Assembly: GCA_040771865.1 (NCBI GenBank)
Contig: JAXGZF010000006.1
Span: 186,001-250,000 of the forward strand
DNA: 64,000 bases
Source of the DNA: Desulfobacterales bacterium
GTDB lineage: Bacteria > Desulfobacterota > Desulfobacteria > Desulfobacterales > UBA2245
Reading direction: 5' to 3'
Made by a program: the position numbers and the translations under genes. Under the pieces are notes generated by a model. The model made no database searches. It was given only the letters and a program-made list of their open reading frames with translations, and was not told where the DNA came from. This document shows positions 21,076 to 33,700 of this stretch, piece by piece (the stretch's first letter is position 1; each line of letters begins with the position of its first letter).

Positions 21076-21677
21076 TCATCAAACATGCCGAATTCATTAA
21101 AAGCGCGGTAAAACCAGCCCATTACCCTTCGGAGGGTTATCCTGAAATCGCTTTTGCCGGCAGATCCAATGTCGGCAAATCATCCCTGATCAACACGCTG
21201 ATCAACCGCCGCAATCTGGTCAAGACCAGTTCTCAGCCGGGGCGCACGCAGCTGCTCAACTTCTTTCTGATCAACAACGCCTTGATGATGGTCGATCTTC
21301 CGGGTTACGGATACGCAAAGGTTCCCCGGGCGATTCAGAAGACCTGGAAGCCGATGGTCGAAACCTATCTTGCCACCCGCAAATCTCTCAGGTGCGTGGT
21401 GCTGATCATGGATATCCGCAGAACGCCCGGCGTGGAAGAGAATGCGCTGCTGGAATGGTTGAGGTATCAGTCCATTCCGTGCATCATCGTGATTACCAAA
21501 GCCGATAAGCTTTCCAGAAACGAGCAGCAGAAGCGCCTGAACGTTCTGTCCGAAACACTGGGCCGTGATTCGAATGAACTGGTTCTTTTTTCGGCCAGAT
21601 CGCGGCAGGGAAAAGATGCCCTGTGGCATCGCCTCGAGGCCATGATATCCGTCGATTCCGCCGGGGGCGAATCATGA
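21072..21677 (+). CDS. engB: Ribosome biogenesis GTPase YihA/YsxC
   Basis: GRSNVGKSSLIN, PGRT, DLPGYGY, TKADK; ATGA overlap with upstream gene. Confidence 0.95.
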   Translation: MIIKHAEFIKSAVKPAHYPSEGYPEIAFAGRSNVGKSSLINTLINRRNLVKTSSQPGRTQLLNFFLINNALMMVDLPGYGYAKVPRAIQKTWKPMVETYLATRKSLRCVVLIMDIRRTPGVEENALLEWLRYQSIPCIIVITKADKLSRNEQQKRLNVLSETLGRDSNELVLFSARSRQGKDALWHRLEAMISVDSAGGES

Positions 21678-22579
21678 GCCGCTACCAGAATCCCTCCGAA
21701 TTCAAATCCGGTTTCGTCGCGCTGCTGGGACCGCCCAATGCCGGCAAATCAACCCTGCTCAACCGCCTTCTGGGCGAAAAGATCTCCATTACCTCTCAAA
21801 AACCCCAGACAACGCGGAACCGCATTCTGGGAATCCTGAACCGGGAAAACGCCCAGATGATCTTCATGGATACTCCGGGCGTGCATAAGGCCTCCGGCAG
21901 CCTGAACACGAGAATCGTTGAAGTCGCACTCTCCTGCCTTCCGGATATGGATGCCGCCATCGTGATTCTCGACGGAGCTTCCCCGGATTCCCATTCGGAA
22001 AAAATCCTGTTCAATGCGTTGAAAAAACAGGTCAAGCCCGTTATATTGGCGGTCAACAAGGTGGATTCCGTAGAAAAATCGCTTCTGGCCCAGCGGATCG
22101 ATGCCTGGTCGAAAATGGCGGATTTTTGTGAAATCGTTCCGATCTCCGCCAGAACCGGATTTCAGGTCGATATTCTCATTCATGCCCTGGAAAAATTATT
22201 GCCTTCCGGGCCTCCCTTTTATCCGCTTGATGCGATTACCGACGTCCCGGAGCGCTTTATCGCGGCCGAGATGGTAAGGGAAAAGATCTTTCGCCTGACC
22301 GGCGAGGAAATACCCTATTCCACCGCGGTCACCATCGAAGATTTTTCAGAGGATGCGGATCGCAATCTGGTCAGCATTCAGGCCGTGATTCATGTGGAGC
22401 GCGAATCCCAGAAAGGCATTATCATCGGCAAAAACGGCGCCAAGCTCAAGCAGATCGGCCGGGCGGCCCGCGAGGATATTGAACGCATGGTCGGATGCCG
22501 CGTCTTTTTAAAACTCTTTGTCCGGGTTCAGAAAAACTGGACCAGAGACGCCCGGGCCATCAACCGGTTCGGTTATTGA
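21674..22579 (+). CDS. era: GTPase Era
   Basis: GPPNAGKST, KPQTTR, DTPG, NKVD, EEIPYS, KH-domain GIIIGKNG. Confidence 0.96.
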   Translation: MSRYQNPSEFKSGFVALLGPPNAGKSTLLNRLLGEKISITSQKPQTTRNRILGILNRENAQMIFMDTPGVHKASGSLNTRIVEVALSCLPDMDAAIVILDGASPDSHSEKILFNALKKQVKPVILAVNKVDSVEKSLLAQRIDAWSKMADFCEIVPISARTGFQVDILIHALEKLLPSGPPFYPLDAITDVPERFIAAEMVREKIFRLTGEEIPYSTAVTIEDFSEDADRNLVSIQAVIHVERESQKGIIIGKNGAKLKQIGRAAREDIERMVGCRVFLKLFVRVQKNWTRDARAINRFGY

Positions 22580-22581
22580 TT

Positions 22582-22896
22582 ATGTCCCTGACGCCCTTTG
22601 CCTATGATCTGGATGAAGCCCAAATCCGAAGGGAACGGCAAAAAGCCCGAGAACTGAGGGCCAGTCAGTGGTGGAAACGGCGCTGCGCAAAGGGGATCTG
22701 CCATTACTGCCGGCGCCCGACCCCGCCCGGAGAGCTGACCATGGACCATATCGTTCCGGTTGCGCGCGGCGGACGTTCCATCAAGGGGAACGTCGTTCCC
22801 TGCTGCAAGGAGTGCAACGTTAAAAAAAAGCAGCTGCTGCCGATGGAGTGGGATCAGTACCTGTCCCGAATGCATTCTCAGAATAATCCTGAATAA
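22582..22896 (+). CDS. Small HNH endonuclease
   Basis: CHYC...LTMDHIVPVARGGRSIKGNVVPCCKECN. Confidence 0.88.
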   Translation: MSLTPFAYDLDEAQIRRERQKARELRASQWWKRRCAKGICHYCRRPTPPGELTMDHIVPVARGGRSIKGNVVPCCKECNVKKKQLLPMEWDQYLSRMHSQNNPE

Positions 22897-23115
22897 TTCA
22901 AGGATATCGGTATCATTCAGCGCGCACATGCCCATAAGAATCGACCCGCCTTCCTCCGCGTGCAAACCCCTGCAAAGCGCTATTCAGAAAATTCATTCCT
23001 GACTTTATTTTTCAATTGACAAACACCCGCAAGACAATAGAAAAGTATTTTTGTTGCGAATCCGTATGTTCCATCGTTCAGCTTGAATATACCCTTCTTT
23101 GAAAAGGAGGAGAAC

Positions 23116-24765
23116 ATGGCTTGCCGATCATCCCTTGCCGGACAGGCGGTAGCCTGTTTGATTCTGATCTTGCTGCTGCTGGGTCCGATGCCGTCGGCCC
23201 AGGCTCAGCCGCCCACTCCGGGCGAGGTGAGAGAATCCCTAAAGCCCCGAATGCCTTCGCCTAGCCAGGAAGCGCCGGCCCCCCAGTTTCAAAAGCCTGC
23301 TGCGCCCCGGCCGGAAGCCGTGACCGGCGAACGCCGGGTTCTGGTCAAGCGTTTTGTTTTCAGCGGCAATACCCGGTTCAGCGAAGCCGAATTGCGGGCG
23401 GTCATCGCGGCGTGGGAAGGAAAAGAACTCACCCTGGCTGAAATTTATGGTACTGCCCAGCGTCTCACCGAATTTTACCAGGAGCAGGGCTACAGCGTTT
23501 CGACCGTTACCGTTCCGGCCCAGCGGATGCGGGAAGGCATTCTGCGGCTGGAAGTGGTGGAGGGCCGCGTCGGCAGGCTGACGTTTGAAGACAACCGGCG
23601 CTATTCCGATTCTTTTCTGGAGCGTCGCGTCAGACGGGCGGGGCCCGGAGCTGTCCTCAGGTTCGTCGATCTGGAACGCGATCTGCTGCTCATGAACGAC
23701 CTGCCCGGGCTTACGGCCCGCGCAACGCTGAGCCCCGGCGATGATTACGGGCTGACGGACATCCACTTCCGTACGGAAGAAAAAACCTTCGAAGCCGAAG
23801 TGACCGTGGACAACCACGGAACAGAGGATATCGGCGAATGGCGGACAGGGGTGGATTTTACCATCAACAATCCCTGTACATTCGGAGATGTTCTGAGCTT
23901 GGGCTACACCCACAGCGAGGCCGGACTGCTGCGCCAGGGCCGTGTCAGCTATGGTTTTCCCATTCTTTACGACGGCACCCGCCTGAATCTCAGCTATTCA
24001 AGGGCCGAATACGACGTGGGCGGCGAATTCAGCGCGCTTGGAATCGACGGCGTCAGCGCCACCGCACGCGCCCAGTTGAGCCATCCGCTGATTCGCAGCC
24101 GCCGCACCAACCTTTTTGTCCTTCTGGGAGCGGCCCAGTTAAGGGGCCGATCCGATCTGTCCGGAGCATCCCTGAGCGACGATGAGGTCAATTTTCTGGA
24201 AACCGGTTTTGCTTTCAACCGGCGTCACGATTTCGGCGGCGTGAGCACCTTTTCCGGTATGCTGGCCACCAATTTCCAGAGCAATTCAGACGGAACCGAC
24301 AGCGATGCGCTTCCCCCCCGAATCGAGTTCAACGGAACTTACGAGCAACCATTCGGCCACGGGTGGAGCGGATTTTTGCGCGGGGAAGCGGTGCTCAGCA
24401 ACGATGCCATGCCCGACTCGAATAAATACGCAATCGGCGGCCCGGACAGTATCCGCGGTTTTATCATCTCCACTCTGCGGGGCGACCGGGGGGCCGCGGG
24501 CACGCTGGAACTCCGGCGTTTTATGTCTTTCAAGCTGGCCGACCTGATGATGCGCGGTTTTATCGACGCCGGTCGGGTCTGGTACGAGAACCGTCTGGCC
24601 GACGGCGGCAGCTCCGACTCCCTGGCCAGCGCCGGAGTCGGGCTGAGCGTTCTTTTTGCCAAAAAATATTTTCTGGAAATGCAATGGGCCAAACCCATCG
24701 ACGGCAATGAATCCGGAGAAGGCGACAGCTCCCGGTTTTGGCTAAGTTTCAGCGCAGGTTTCTGA
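23116..24765 (+). CDS. Two-partner secretion transporter TpsB (ShlB/FhaC/HecB family)
   Basis: Signal peptide, Pro-rich linker, POTRA-like segments (GNTRFS, YQEQGY, VVEG), DNHG, GGPDSIRGF loop-6 motif, FIDAG, terminal Phe; AAGGAGG RBS. Confidence 0.93.
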   Translation: MACRSSLAGQAVACLILILLLLGPMPSAQAQPPTPGEVRESLKPRMPSPSQEAPAPQFQKPAAPRPEAVTGERRVLVKRFVFSGNTRFSEAELRAVIAAWEGKELTLAEIYGTAQRLTEFYQEQGYSVSTVTVPAQRMREGILRLEVVEGRVGRLTFEDNRRYSDSFLERRVRRAGPGAVLRFVDLERDLLLMNDLPGLTARATLSPGDDYGLTDIHFRTEEKTFEAEVTVDNHGTEDIGEWRTGVDFTINNPCTFGDVLSLGYTHSEAGLLRQGRVSYGFPILYDGTRLNLSYSRAEYDVGGEFSALGIDGVSATARAQLSHPLIRSRRTNLFVLLGAAQLRGRSDLSGASLSDDEVNFLETGFAFNRRHDFGGVSTFSGMLATNFQSNSDGTDSDALPPRIEFNGTYEQPFGHGWSGFLRGEAVLSNDAMPDSNKYAIGGPDSIRGFIISTLRGDRGAAGTLELRRFMSFKLADLMMRGFIDAGRVWYENRLADGGSSDSLASAGVGLSVLFAKKYFLEMQWAKPIDGNESGEGDSSRFWLSFSAGF

Positions 24766-24785
24766 GGCAGCAAGGAGGTTACGGA

Positions 24786-27700
24786 ATGAACGGAAAACGG
24801 TTTATCAGGCGACGGATGCAATGGTCCGTCAGCGCAAAAAACAACCGGTTCAGTCGTCAGGGGCCCGGCCGGACGGCCGTCTCCTTCTTCCGATGCATTC
24901 TGCTGGCCGCGGTCCTGTTGACGCCGTTTTCCGTCTGGGCCGGTCCGGCCGGCGATCAGGTGGTTGCCGGCAGCGCCGCCGTTACCCGTCCCGATTCCGT
25001 CACAACCCTGATCAACCAGCATACCGACAAGGCGATCATCAACTGGCAGCGTTTTTCCATAGACCCCCAGGAAACGGTTTTGTTTCAGCAGCCGGGCAGC
25101 AGCAGCGTGGCCCTGAACCGGGTGCTCGGGTCCGACCCCAGCCGGATTTTCGGACGCATGAACGCCAACGGCCAGGTCTTTCTGGTCAATCCCAGCGGCG
25201 TGCTCTTTGCCCCCGGTTCCGAGATCAGCGTTCACGGCCTGCTCGCCACCACCCATGATATTCAGGACGACGACTTTCTGGCCGGCCGCTACAGTTTTTT
25301 CCGGACCGATTCGCCCCCGGGCGCGGAGGTGATCAACGAGGGACTTCTGCAAGCCGGCGAACAGGGCTACATCGTGCTGGCCGGCGATTATGCGGCCAAC
25401 CACGGCATCATCATGGCCAAACTGGGTCAGGTGACGCTGGCCTCGGGCGAGCGGTTTACCCTGGATCTGGAAGGCGATGAGCTCATCAGCCTGACGGTGG
25501 ACGAGTCGATTCTGGCGGAACGGGCCGGCGTGGAGAATTTCGGGGAAATCAGCGCCGACGGCGGCCAGGTGATTATGACCGCCCGGGTGGCGAGCGAGCT
25601 GACGGGCGCCGTGGTCAACAATGAGGGCCTGATTCGGGCCCGCACCATCGAGGAGCATAACGGCGAAATTCTGCTTCTCGCCGGCATGGAAAACGGGACG
25701 TTCGCCGAAAACAGCACTGTGCGGGTGGGCGGAGTTTTGGACGCCTCCGCGCTGGACGGGGGGGACGGCGGGTTTATCGAGACCTCGGGCACCTCGGTGA
25801 AGGTCGAGGACGGCGCAATTGTCACCACCCTTGCTTCTGACGGCAAAACCGGCGCCTGGCTTCTGGATCCGCAGGACTATTACATCGCGGCCGTTGGAGG
25901 GGACATTACAGGGAGTGCGTTGTCCTCTAATCTCAGTCAAACCAATGTAACTATCAGCAGCGCTGCCGGCGGTACAAAAGGCCATGGGGATATCTTCGTG
26001 AATGATTCCGTAACGTGGAGCGCGCATACATTAACGCTTGACGCCGAGAGAAACATCGAGATCAATGCGGTCATGACAGCCGCTTTTTCTCCTCTCGGAG
26101 GCTATACGGGGCTGGTGATGAACACCGGTTCGGAGGGCTCGGTTCTGGTCGGCTTCAACGAAGGGGAGGCAACCGGGTTCAAAGGCCGAGTGGATCTGTC
26201 CGGCGGCGTCTCGCTGAACATCAACGGCAATCCCTACACCCTCATCAACAATCTGAATGCCTTGCAGGACATGAGCTCCGATCTTTCGGGATATTATGCT
26301 CTCGGCAGTAACATAGTCGCTTCTGAAACCATCGGCTGGGACGGCGGAAAAGGCTTTGATCCCGTAGGCGAGTTCACCGGCGCCTTTGACGGACTGGGCC
26401 ACACAATCTCCGACCTGACGATCAACCGTCCGGATACCGATAACGTGGGGCTGTTCGGCTATACGAACGGCGCGGTCATCCGCAACGTCGGGCTGATCGG
26501 ATGCAGCGTGAGCGGCGGTCAGTACCATGTCGGCGGGCTGGCAGGGTATGTTGCATACAGTGATATTATCAACTGCTACGCAACGGGCGACGTAACCGGG
26601 GCTTATAAATTTGTCGGTGGTCTGGTGGGTGAGTGCAATTACAACTCCACCATTATCGGCTCCTATGCGTTCGGAAACGTGACAGGCGGAAAGGAAGTCG
26701 GTGGTTTGGCGGGCCGGTGCGGTGAAGGTGAATTCGACTCCGCCATCATCGACTCCTATTTCCAGGGCAGTGTTACCGGGACCGACATAGGACCACACGG
26801 CGGCCTGGTAGGCGTGATGAGAGACACTCTTCTCAACAGCTATTACAACATCGATACTGTCTTGATCAACGGAGGTCACTATGTATACATCGGCGGCCTT
26901 TACAACGACCAGTATGACGACTGGATCGCTGGTGACAAGACGCTGCACATCGGCGACTACCCAACCCTGGCTCTCAACGGCGGATATTACGATATCGGGA
27001 CGGTCCAGGGCATGAAGGACCTGCTGGGTTTTGCCGGCGATTCTTCCTTTAAATTCCGACTGTCGGCGGACATTGATCTGGCGTCGGCCCCCGGTCTTTG
27101 GATCCCCTGGCTGGCGGCGGATTTTGACGGCAACGGCCATACGATCTCCAATCTGAATATCAACCAGCCCTTCTGTGCGGCCGTCGGCATGTTCGGCTCA
27201 GTTTACTCCGACATTGCCAACCTGGGCCTGGTGAACGCCAGTGTTGTCGGTCTCAATCCGGTCGGCGGTCTGGTCGGCGGGAGCGGATACAGCAATATCA
27301 GCAACTGCTACGTCACCGGCAGCGTGAGCGGTCTGGACGGTAATGTCGGCGGTCTGGTGGGCTGGAGCGGATACAGCAATATCAGTAACTGCTACGTCTC
27401 GGGCGACGTGAGCAGCGGAAGTGAAGGTGTAGTCGGCGGCCTGGTGGGGTATAACTTCAGCAGCGCCATCAGCGATTCCTGGTTTTCCGGCAGCGTGACC
27501 GGCACGGCAAATTACGGCGGGCTGATGGGCTACCTTGAATGCGACGACTTTCTCCATCCCGTTGATACAATCAACAACAGCCACTACAACATCGACGATG
27601 TCATCATTAACGGAGGCCATTATGTGACCTTCGGCGGTCTTTACGATGCCCAGTATTCGGACTGGATCGCCGACAAGACGCTGAACATCGCCGACTATCC

Positions 27701-30700
27701 CACGCTGGCGCTCAACGGCGGATATTACGAGATCGGCACGGTCCAGGGCATGAAAGACCTGCTGGGTTTTTCCGACAACCCGGCCTACCAATTCCGCCTG
27801 GCGGCAAACATCGATCTGGCTTCCGCCCCCGGCCTTTTTATTCCCCTGCTGGAAGCGGATTTTGACGGCAGCGGTCATACGATCTCCAATCTTTACATCA
27901 ACCAGTCTAGCGGCACCGGCATGTTCGGCGCAGTTTCTTCCGACATTTCCAGTCTGGGTCTGGTGGATGTCGATGTTTCCGGCTTTGAGACGGTCGGCGG
28001 TCTGGCCGCAGGTTTATTGGGCAAGGGTGGCGACTTTGCCACCATCCTCAACTGCTACGTCACCGGCAGCGTGACGGGTGCAGATTATAAAGTCGGGGGC
28101 TTGGTGGGCCAGAGCATTTACGGCACCATCAGCAACTCCTATTTTTCCGGCAGTGTGACCGGGACCGGTGAACGGGATGCCGGCGGTCTGGTGGGCAAGT
28201 TAGAGGGCGACTCCGCCATATCCGACTGCTACGTCACCGGCAGCGTGGCCGGCACGGCGAATGTCGGCGGGCTGGTAGGGCGGTTCGCAGATGCGTCTTC
28301 CATCAGCAGATCCTACTTTGCCGGCACTGTTACCGGCACAACGAACGTCGGCGGTCTGGCGGGATACAACGAGGATGGCACCGCAACAATCATCTCTTCC
28401 TACTGGGACACAGATTTATCCGGCCTGTTCCAGAGTGTGGGCGCGGGCGGCGACGGGGTTCCGGCTCCGCCTTCGGACCTACGCCTGTTTCTGGACGTGG
28501 GCGCGGACGCCGGGGGGGGGACCGGTCTGAGCACGGCCCAGATGATGCAGGAGGCGAGCTTTGTCGGGTGGGATTTCGACAACGTCTGGTACATCAACGA
28601 GGGAGTCACCCGGCCGTTGTTGCGCATGGGGTACAGCACCTTCATCACCAAACCTTATCAGTTGCAGATGATGGTCCAGGATCTTGCCGCGGACTACACG
28701 CTGGGCGTGGATCTGGACATGGCGATGATTCTGGACTTTTTGCCCGTGGGGGATTCTTCGGCTCCGTTTACCGGAACCTTTGACGGACTGGGCCACACAA
28801 TTGCAAACCTGACGATCAACCGACCCGAGGCGGATTACGTTGGGCTGTTCGGCTGCACGGACAACGCGATCATTCGCAACGTGAGTCTGATCGGGTGCAG
28901 CGTGACCGGCGCGGAGAATGTCGGCGGGCTGGCGGGTTTTGCTCAGAACAGCACGATCAGCAACGCATCCTTTTCCGGCAGCGTGACCGGCACAGATGAG
29001 GTCGGCGGACTGGTGGGCTACGCTGGGTTCAGTGACATCAGCAACTCCTATTTTTCCGGCAGCGTGACCGGCGCCGTGGAGGTCGGCGGCCTGGTGGGGT
29101 ATCTCAACAGCAGCACTCTTGCCGACTCATACTCCAAGGGCAGTATCAGCGGCACAGTGAATGCTTTTGGCCTTGTTGGCGGAATTCAAGACGACTTTGC
29201 CATTATAAACAGCTTCTACAACATCGATGATGTTTTAATCAACGGCGGTCATTATGTGACCATCGGCGGCATTTACAACGCCCAGTATAATGACTGGGTC
29301 GCCGGCGACAAGGCGCTGCACATCGGCGACTACCCCACGCTGGCGCTCAACGGCGGATATTATGAGATCAGCACGGTTCAGGGCATGAAGGACCTGCTGG
29401 GTTTTGCCGGCGATCCGTCCTATAAATTCCGTCTGTCGGCGGACATCGATCTGGCGTCCGTTCCCGGCCTGTTCATTCCCCTGCTGAAGGCGGATTTTGA
29501 CGGCAGCGGTCATACGATCTCCAATCTTTACGTCAACCAGCCTTTCAACGGGGGATTGGGCATGTTCGGCATCGTTCAATCCGACATCGCCAATCTGGGT
29601 CTGGAGAATGTCAGCATCACGGGCGCCGGCACTGTCGGCGGTCTGGCCGCTGTGCTGTGGGGCAGTATTGACAATGAGGCCGTCGTCAGCAATTCCTACG
29701 TCACCGGCAGCGTGACCGGCGAAGAAAATGTCGGCGGGCTGGCGGGCTGGATCGGTTACAGCGTCGTCAGCAATTCCTACTTTGCGGGCGTTGCGACCGG
29801 CGCAACGAACGTCGGGGGCCTTGTTGGATACAACGAGGACGGCGCGATCGTCTCTTCCTATTGGGATATGGATTTGTCCGGCCTGACCGAAGGCGTGGGC
29901 GCGGGCGTCGGCGGGGGGGCCGGTCTGAGCACGGCCCAGATGATGCAGGAGGCGAGCTTTGTCGGGTGGGATTTTGACAACGTCTGGTACATCAACGAGG
30001 GAGTCACCCGGCCGTCGTTGAGCATGTTGTACAGCACCTTCATCACCAAACCTTATCAGTTGCAGATGATGGTCCAGGATCTTGCCGCGGACTACACGCT
30101 GGGCGTGGATCTGGACATGGCGATGATTCTGGACTTTTTGCCCGTGGGGGATTCTTCGGCTCCGTTTACCGGAACCTTTGACGGACTGGGCCACACAATT
30201 GCAAACCTGACGATCAACCGACCCGAGGCGGATTACGTTGGGCTGTTCGGCTGCACGGACAACGCGATCATTCGCAACGTGAGTCTGATCGGGTGCAGCG
30301 TGACCGGCGCGGAGAATGTCGGCGGGCTGGCGGGTTTTGCTCAGAACAGCACGATCAGCAACGCATCCTTTTCCGGCAGCGTGACCGGCGAAGGAAATGT
30401 CGGCGGACTTGCGGGCCGGAGCGTATACAGCGATATCATCAATGCCTATTTTTCCGGCAGCGTGACCGGCACGGAGGATGTCGGCGGGCTGGTGGGCCAG
30501 TGCGAGTATGGCTCTGTCATTACCGATTCTTATTTCTCGGGCAGTGTGACCGGTGCAGATGAGGTCGGCGGCCTGGTCGGATACATTGAAGACAACGACA
30601 TGACCTCCTTCAACCCGCTCGACTTCATCAAGAACAGCCACTACAACATCGACACTGTTTTGATCAACGGAGGTCATTATGTGACCATCGGCGGTCTTTA

Positions 30701-33700
30701 CAACGCCCAGTATTCGGACTGGATCGCCAACAAGACGCTGGATATCGCCGACTACCCGACGCTGGCGCTCAGCGGCGGATACTACGAGATCAGCACGGTT
30801 CAGGGCATGAGTGACCTGCTGGGTTTTGCCGACAACCCGTCCTATAAATTCCGTCTGTCGGCGGACATCGATCTGGCGTCCGCTTCCGGTCTCTGGATTC
30901 CCCTGCTGGGGGCGGATTTTGACGGCAACGGCCATACGATTTCCAATCTTTATATCAACCAGTCCTTCAGCTCGGCGGTCGGCATGTTCGGCATCGTTCA
31001 ATCCGACATCGCCAATCTGGGTCTGGAGAATGTCGATGTCTCCAGCGAGGATGCGGTCGGCGGTCTGGTCGGCGGGATAATTGGCAGCGGTGCGGATTAT
31101 GCCGGCATCAGCAACTGCTACGTCACCGGCAGCGTGACCGGCGAAGAAAATGTCGGCGGTCTGGCGGGCGTACTCATAAACAGCGTCGTCAGCAATTCCT
31201 ACTTTGCGGGCGTTGCGACCGGCGCAACGAACGTCGGGGGCCTTGTTGGATACAACGAGGACGGCGCGATCGTCTCTTCCTATTGGGATATGGATTTGTC
31301 CGGCCTGACCGAAGGCGTGGGCGCGGGCGTCGGCGGGGGGGCCGGTCTGAGCACGGCCCAGATGATGCAGGAGGCGAGCTTTGTCGGGTGGGATTTTGAC
31401 AACGTCTGGTACATCAACGAGGGAGTCACCCGGCCGTCGTTGAGCATGTTGTACAGCACCTTCATCACCAAACCTTATCAGTTGCAGATGATGGTCCAGG
31501 ATCTTGCCGCGGACTACACGCTGGGCGTGGATCTGGACATGGCGATGATTCTGGACTTTTTGCCCGTGGGGGATTCTTCGGCTCCGTTTACCGGAACCTT
31601 TGACGGACTGGGCCACACAATTGCAAACCTGACGATCAACCGACCCGAGGCGGATTACGTTGGGCTGTTCGGCTGCACGGACAACGCGATCATTCGCAAC
31701 GTGAGTCTGATCGGGTGCAGCGTGACCGGCGCGGAGAATGTCGGCGGGCTGGCGGGTTTTGCTCAGAACAGCACGATCAGCAACGCATCCTTTTCCGGCA
31801 GCGTGACCGGCACAGATGAGGTCGGCGGACTGGTGGGCTACGCTGGGTTCAGTGACATCAGCAACTCCTATTTTTCCGGCAGCGTGACCGGCGCCGTGGA
31901 GGTCGGCGGCCTGGTGGGGTATCTCAACAGCAGCACTCTTGCCGACTCATACTCCAAGGGCAGTATCAGCGGCACAGTGAATGCTTTTGGCCTTGTTGGC
32001 GGAATTCAAGACGACTTTGCCATTATAAACAGCTTCTACAACATCGATGATGTTTTAATCAACGGCGGTCATTATGTGACCATCGGCGGCATTTACAACG
32101 CCCAGTATAATGACTGGGTCGCCGGCGACAAGGCGCTGCACATCGGCGACTACCCCACGCTGGCGCTCAACGGCGGATATTATGAGATCAGCACGGTTCA
32201 GGGCATGAAGGACCTGCTGGGTTTTGCCGGCGATCCGTCCTATAAATTCCGTCTGTCGGCGGACATCGATCTGGCGTCCGTTCCCGGCCTGTTCATTCCC
32301 CTGCTGAAGGCGGATTTTGACGGCAGCGGTCATACGATCTCCAATCTTTACGTCAACCAGCCTTTCAACGGGGGATTGGGCATGTTCGGCATCGTTCAAT
32401 CCGACATCGCCAATCTGGGTCTGGAGAATGTCAGCATCACGGGCGCCGGCACTGTCGGCGGTCTGGCCGCTGTGCTGTGGGGCAGTATTGACAATGAGGC
32501 CGTCGTCAGCAATTCCTACGTCACCGGCAGCGTGACCGGCGAAGAAAATGTCGGCGGGCTGGCGGGCTGGATCGGTTACAGCGTCGTCAGCAATTCCTAC
32601 TTTGCGGGCGTTGCGACCGGCGCAACGAACGTCGGGGGCCTTGTTGGATACAACGAGGACGGCGCGATCGTCTCTTCCTATTGGGATATGGATTTGTCCG
32701 GCCTGACCGAAGGCGTGGGCGCGGGCGTCGGCGGGGGGGCCGGTCTGAGCACGGCCCAGATGATGCAGGAGGCGAGCTTTGTCGGGTGGGATTTTGACAA
32801 CGTCTGGTACATCAACGAGGGAGTCACCCGGCCGTCGTTGAGCATGTTGTACAGCACCTTCATCACCAAACCTTATCAGTTGCAGATGATGGTCCAGGAT
32901 CTTGCCGCGGACTACACGCTGGGCGTGGATCTGGACATGGCGATGATTCTGGACTTTTTGCCCGTGGGGGATTCTTCGGCTCCGTTTACCGGAACCTTTG
33001 ACGGACTGGGCCACACAATTGCAAACCTGACGATCAACCGACCCGAGGCGGATTACGTTGGGCTGTTCGGCTGCACGGACAACGCGATCATTCGCAACGT
33101 GAGTCTGATCGGGTGCAGCGTGACCGGCGCGGAGAATGTCGGCGGGCTGGCGGGTTTTGCTCAGAACAGCACGATCAGCAACGCATCCTTTTCCGGCAGC
33201 GTGACCGGCGAAGGAAATGTCGGCGGACTTGCGGGCCGGAGCGTATACAGCGATATCATCAATGCCTATTTTTCCGGCAGCGTGACCGGCACGGAGGATG
33301 TCGGCGGGCTGGTGGGCCAGTGCGAGTATGGCTCTGTCATTACCGATTCTTATTTCTCGGGCAGTGTGACCGGTGCAGATGAGGTCGGCGGCCTGGTCGG
33401 ATACATTGAAGACAACGACATGACCTCCTTCAACCCGCTCGACTTCATCAAGAACAGCCACTACAACATCGACACTGTTTTGATCAACGGAGGTCATTAT
33501 GTGACCATCGGCGGTCTTTACAACGCCCAGTATTCGGACTGGATCGCCAACAAGACGCTGGATATCGCCGACTACCCGACGCTGGCGCTCAGCGGCGGAT
33601 ACTACGAGATCAGCACGGTTCAGGGCATGAGTGACCTGCTGGGTTTTGCCGACAACCCGTCCTATAAATTCCGTCTGTCGGCGGACATCGATCTGGCGTC

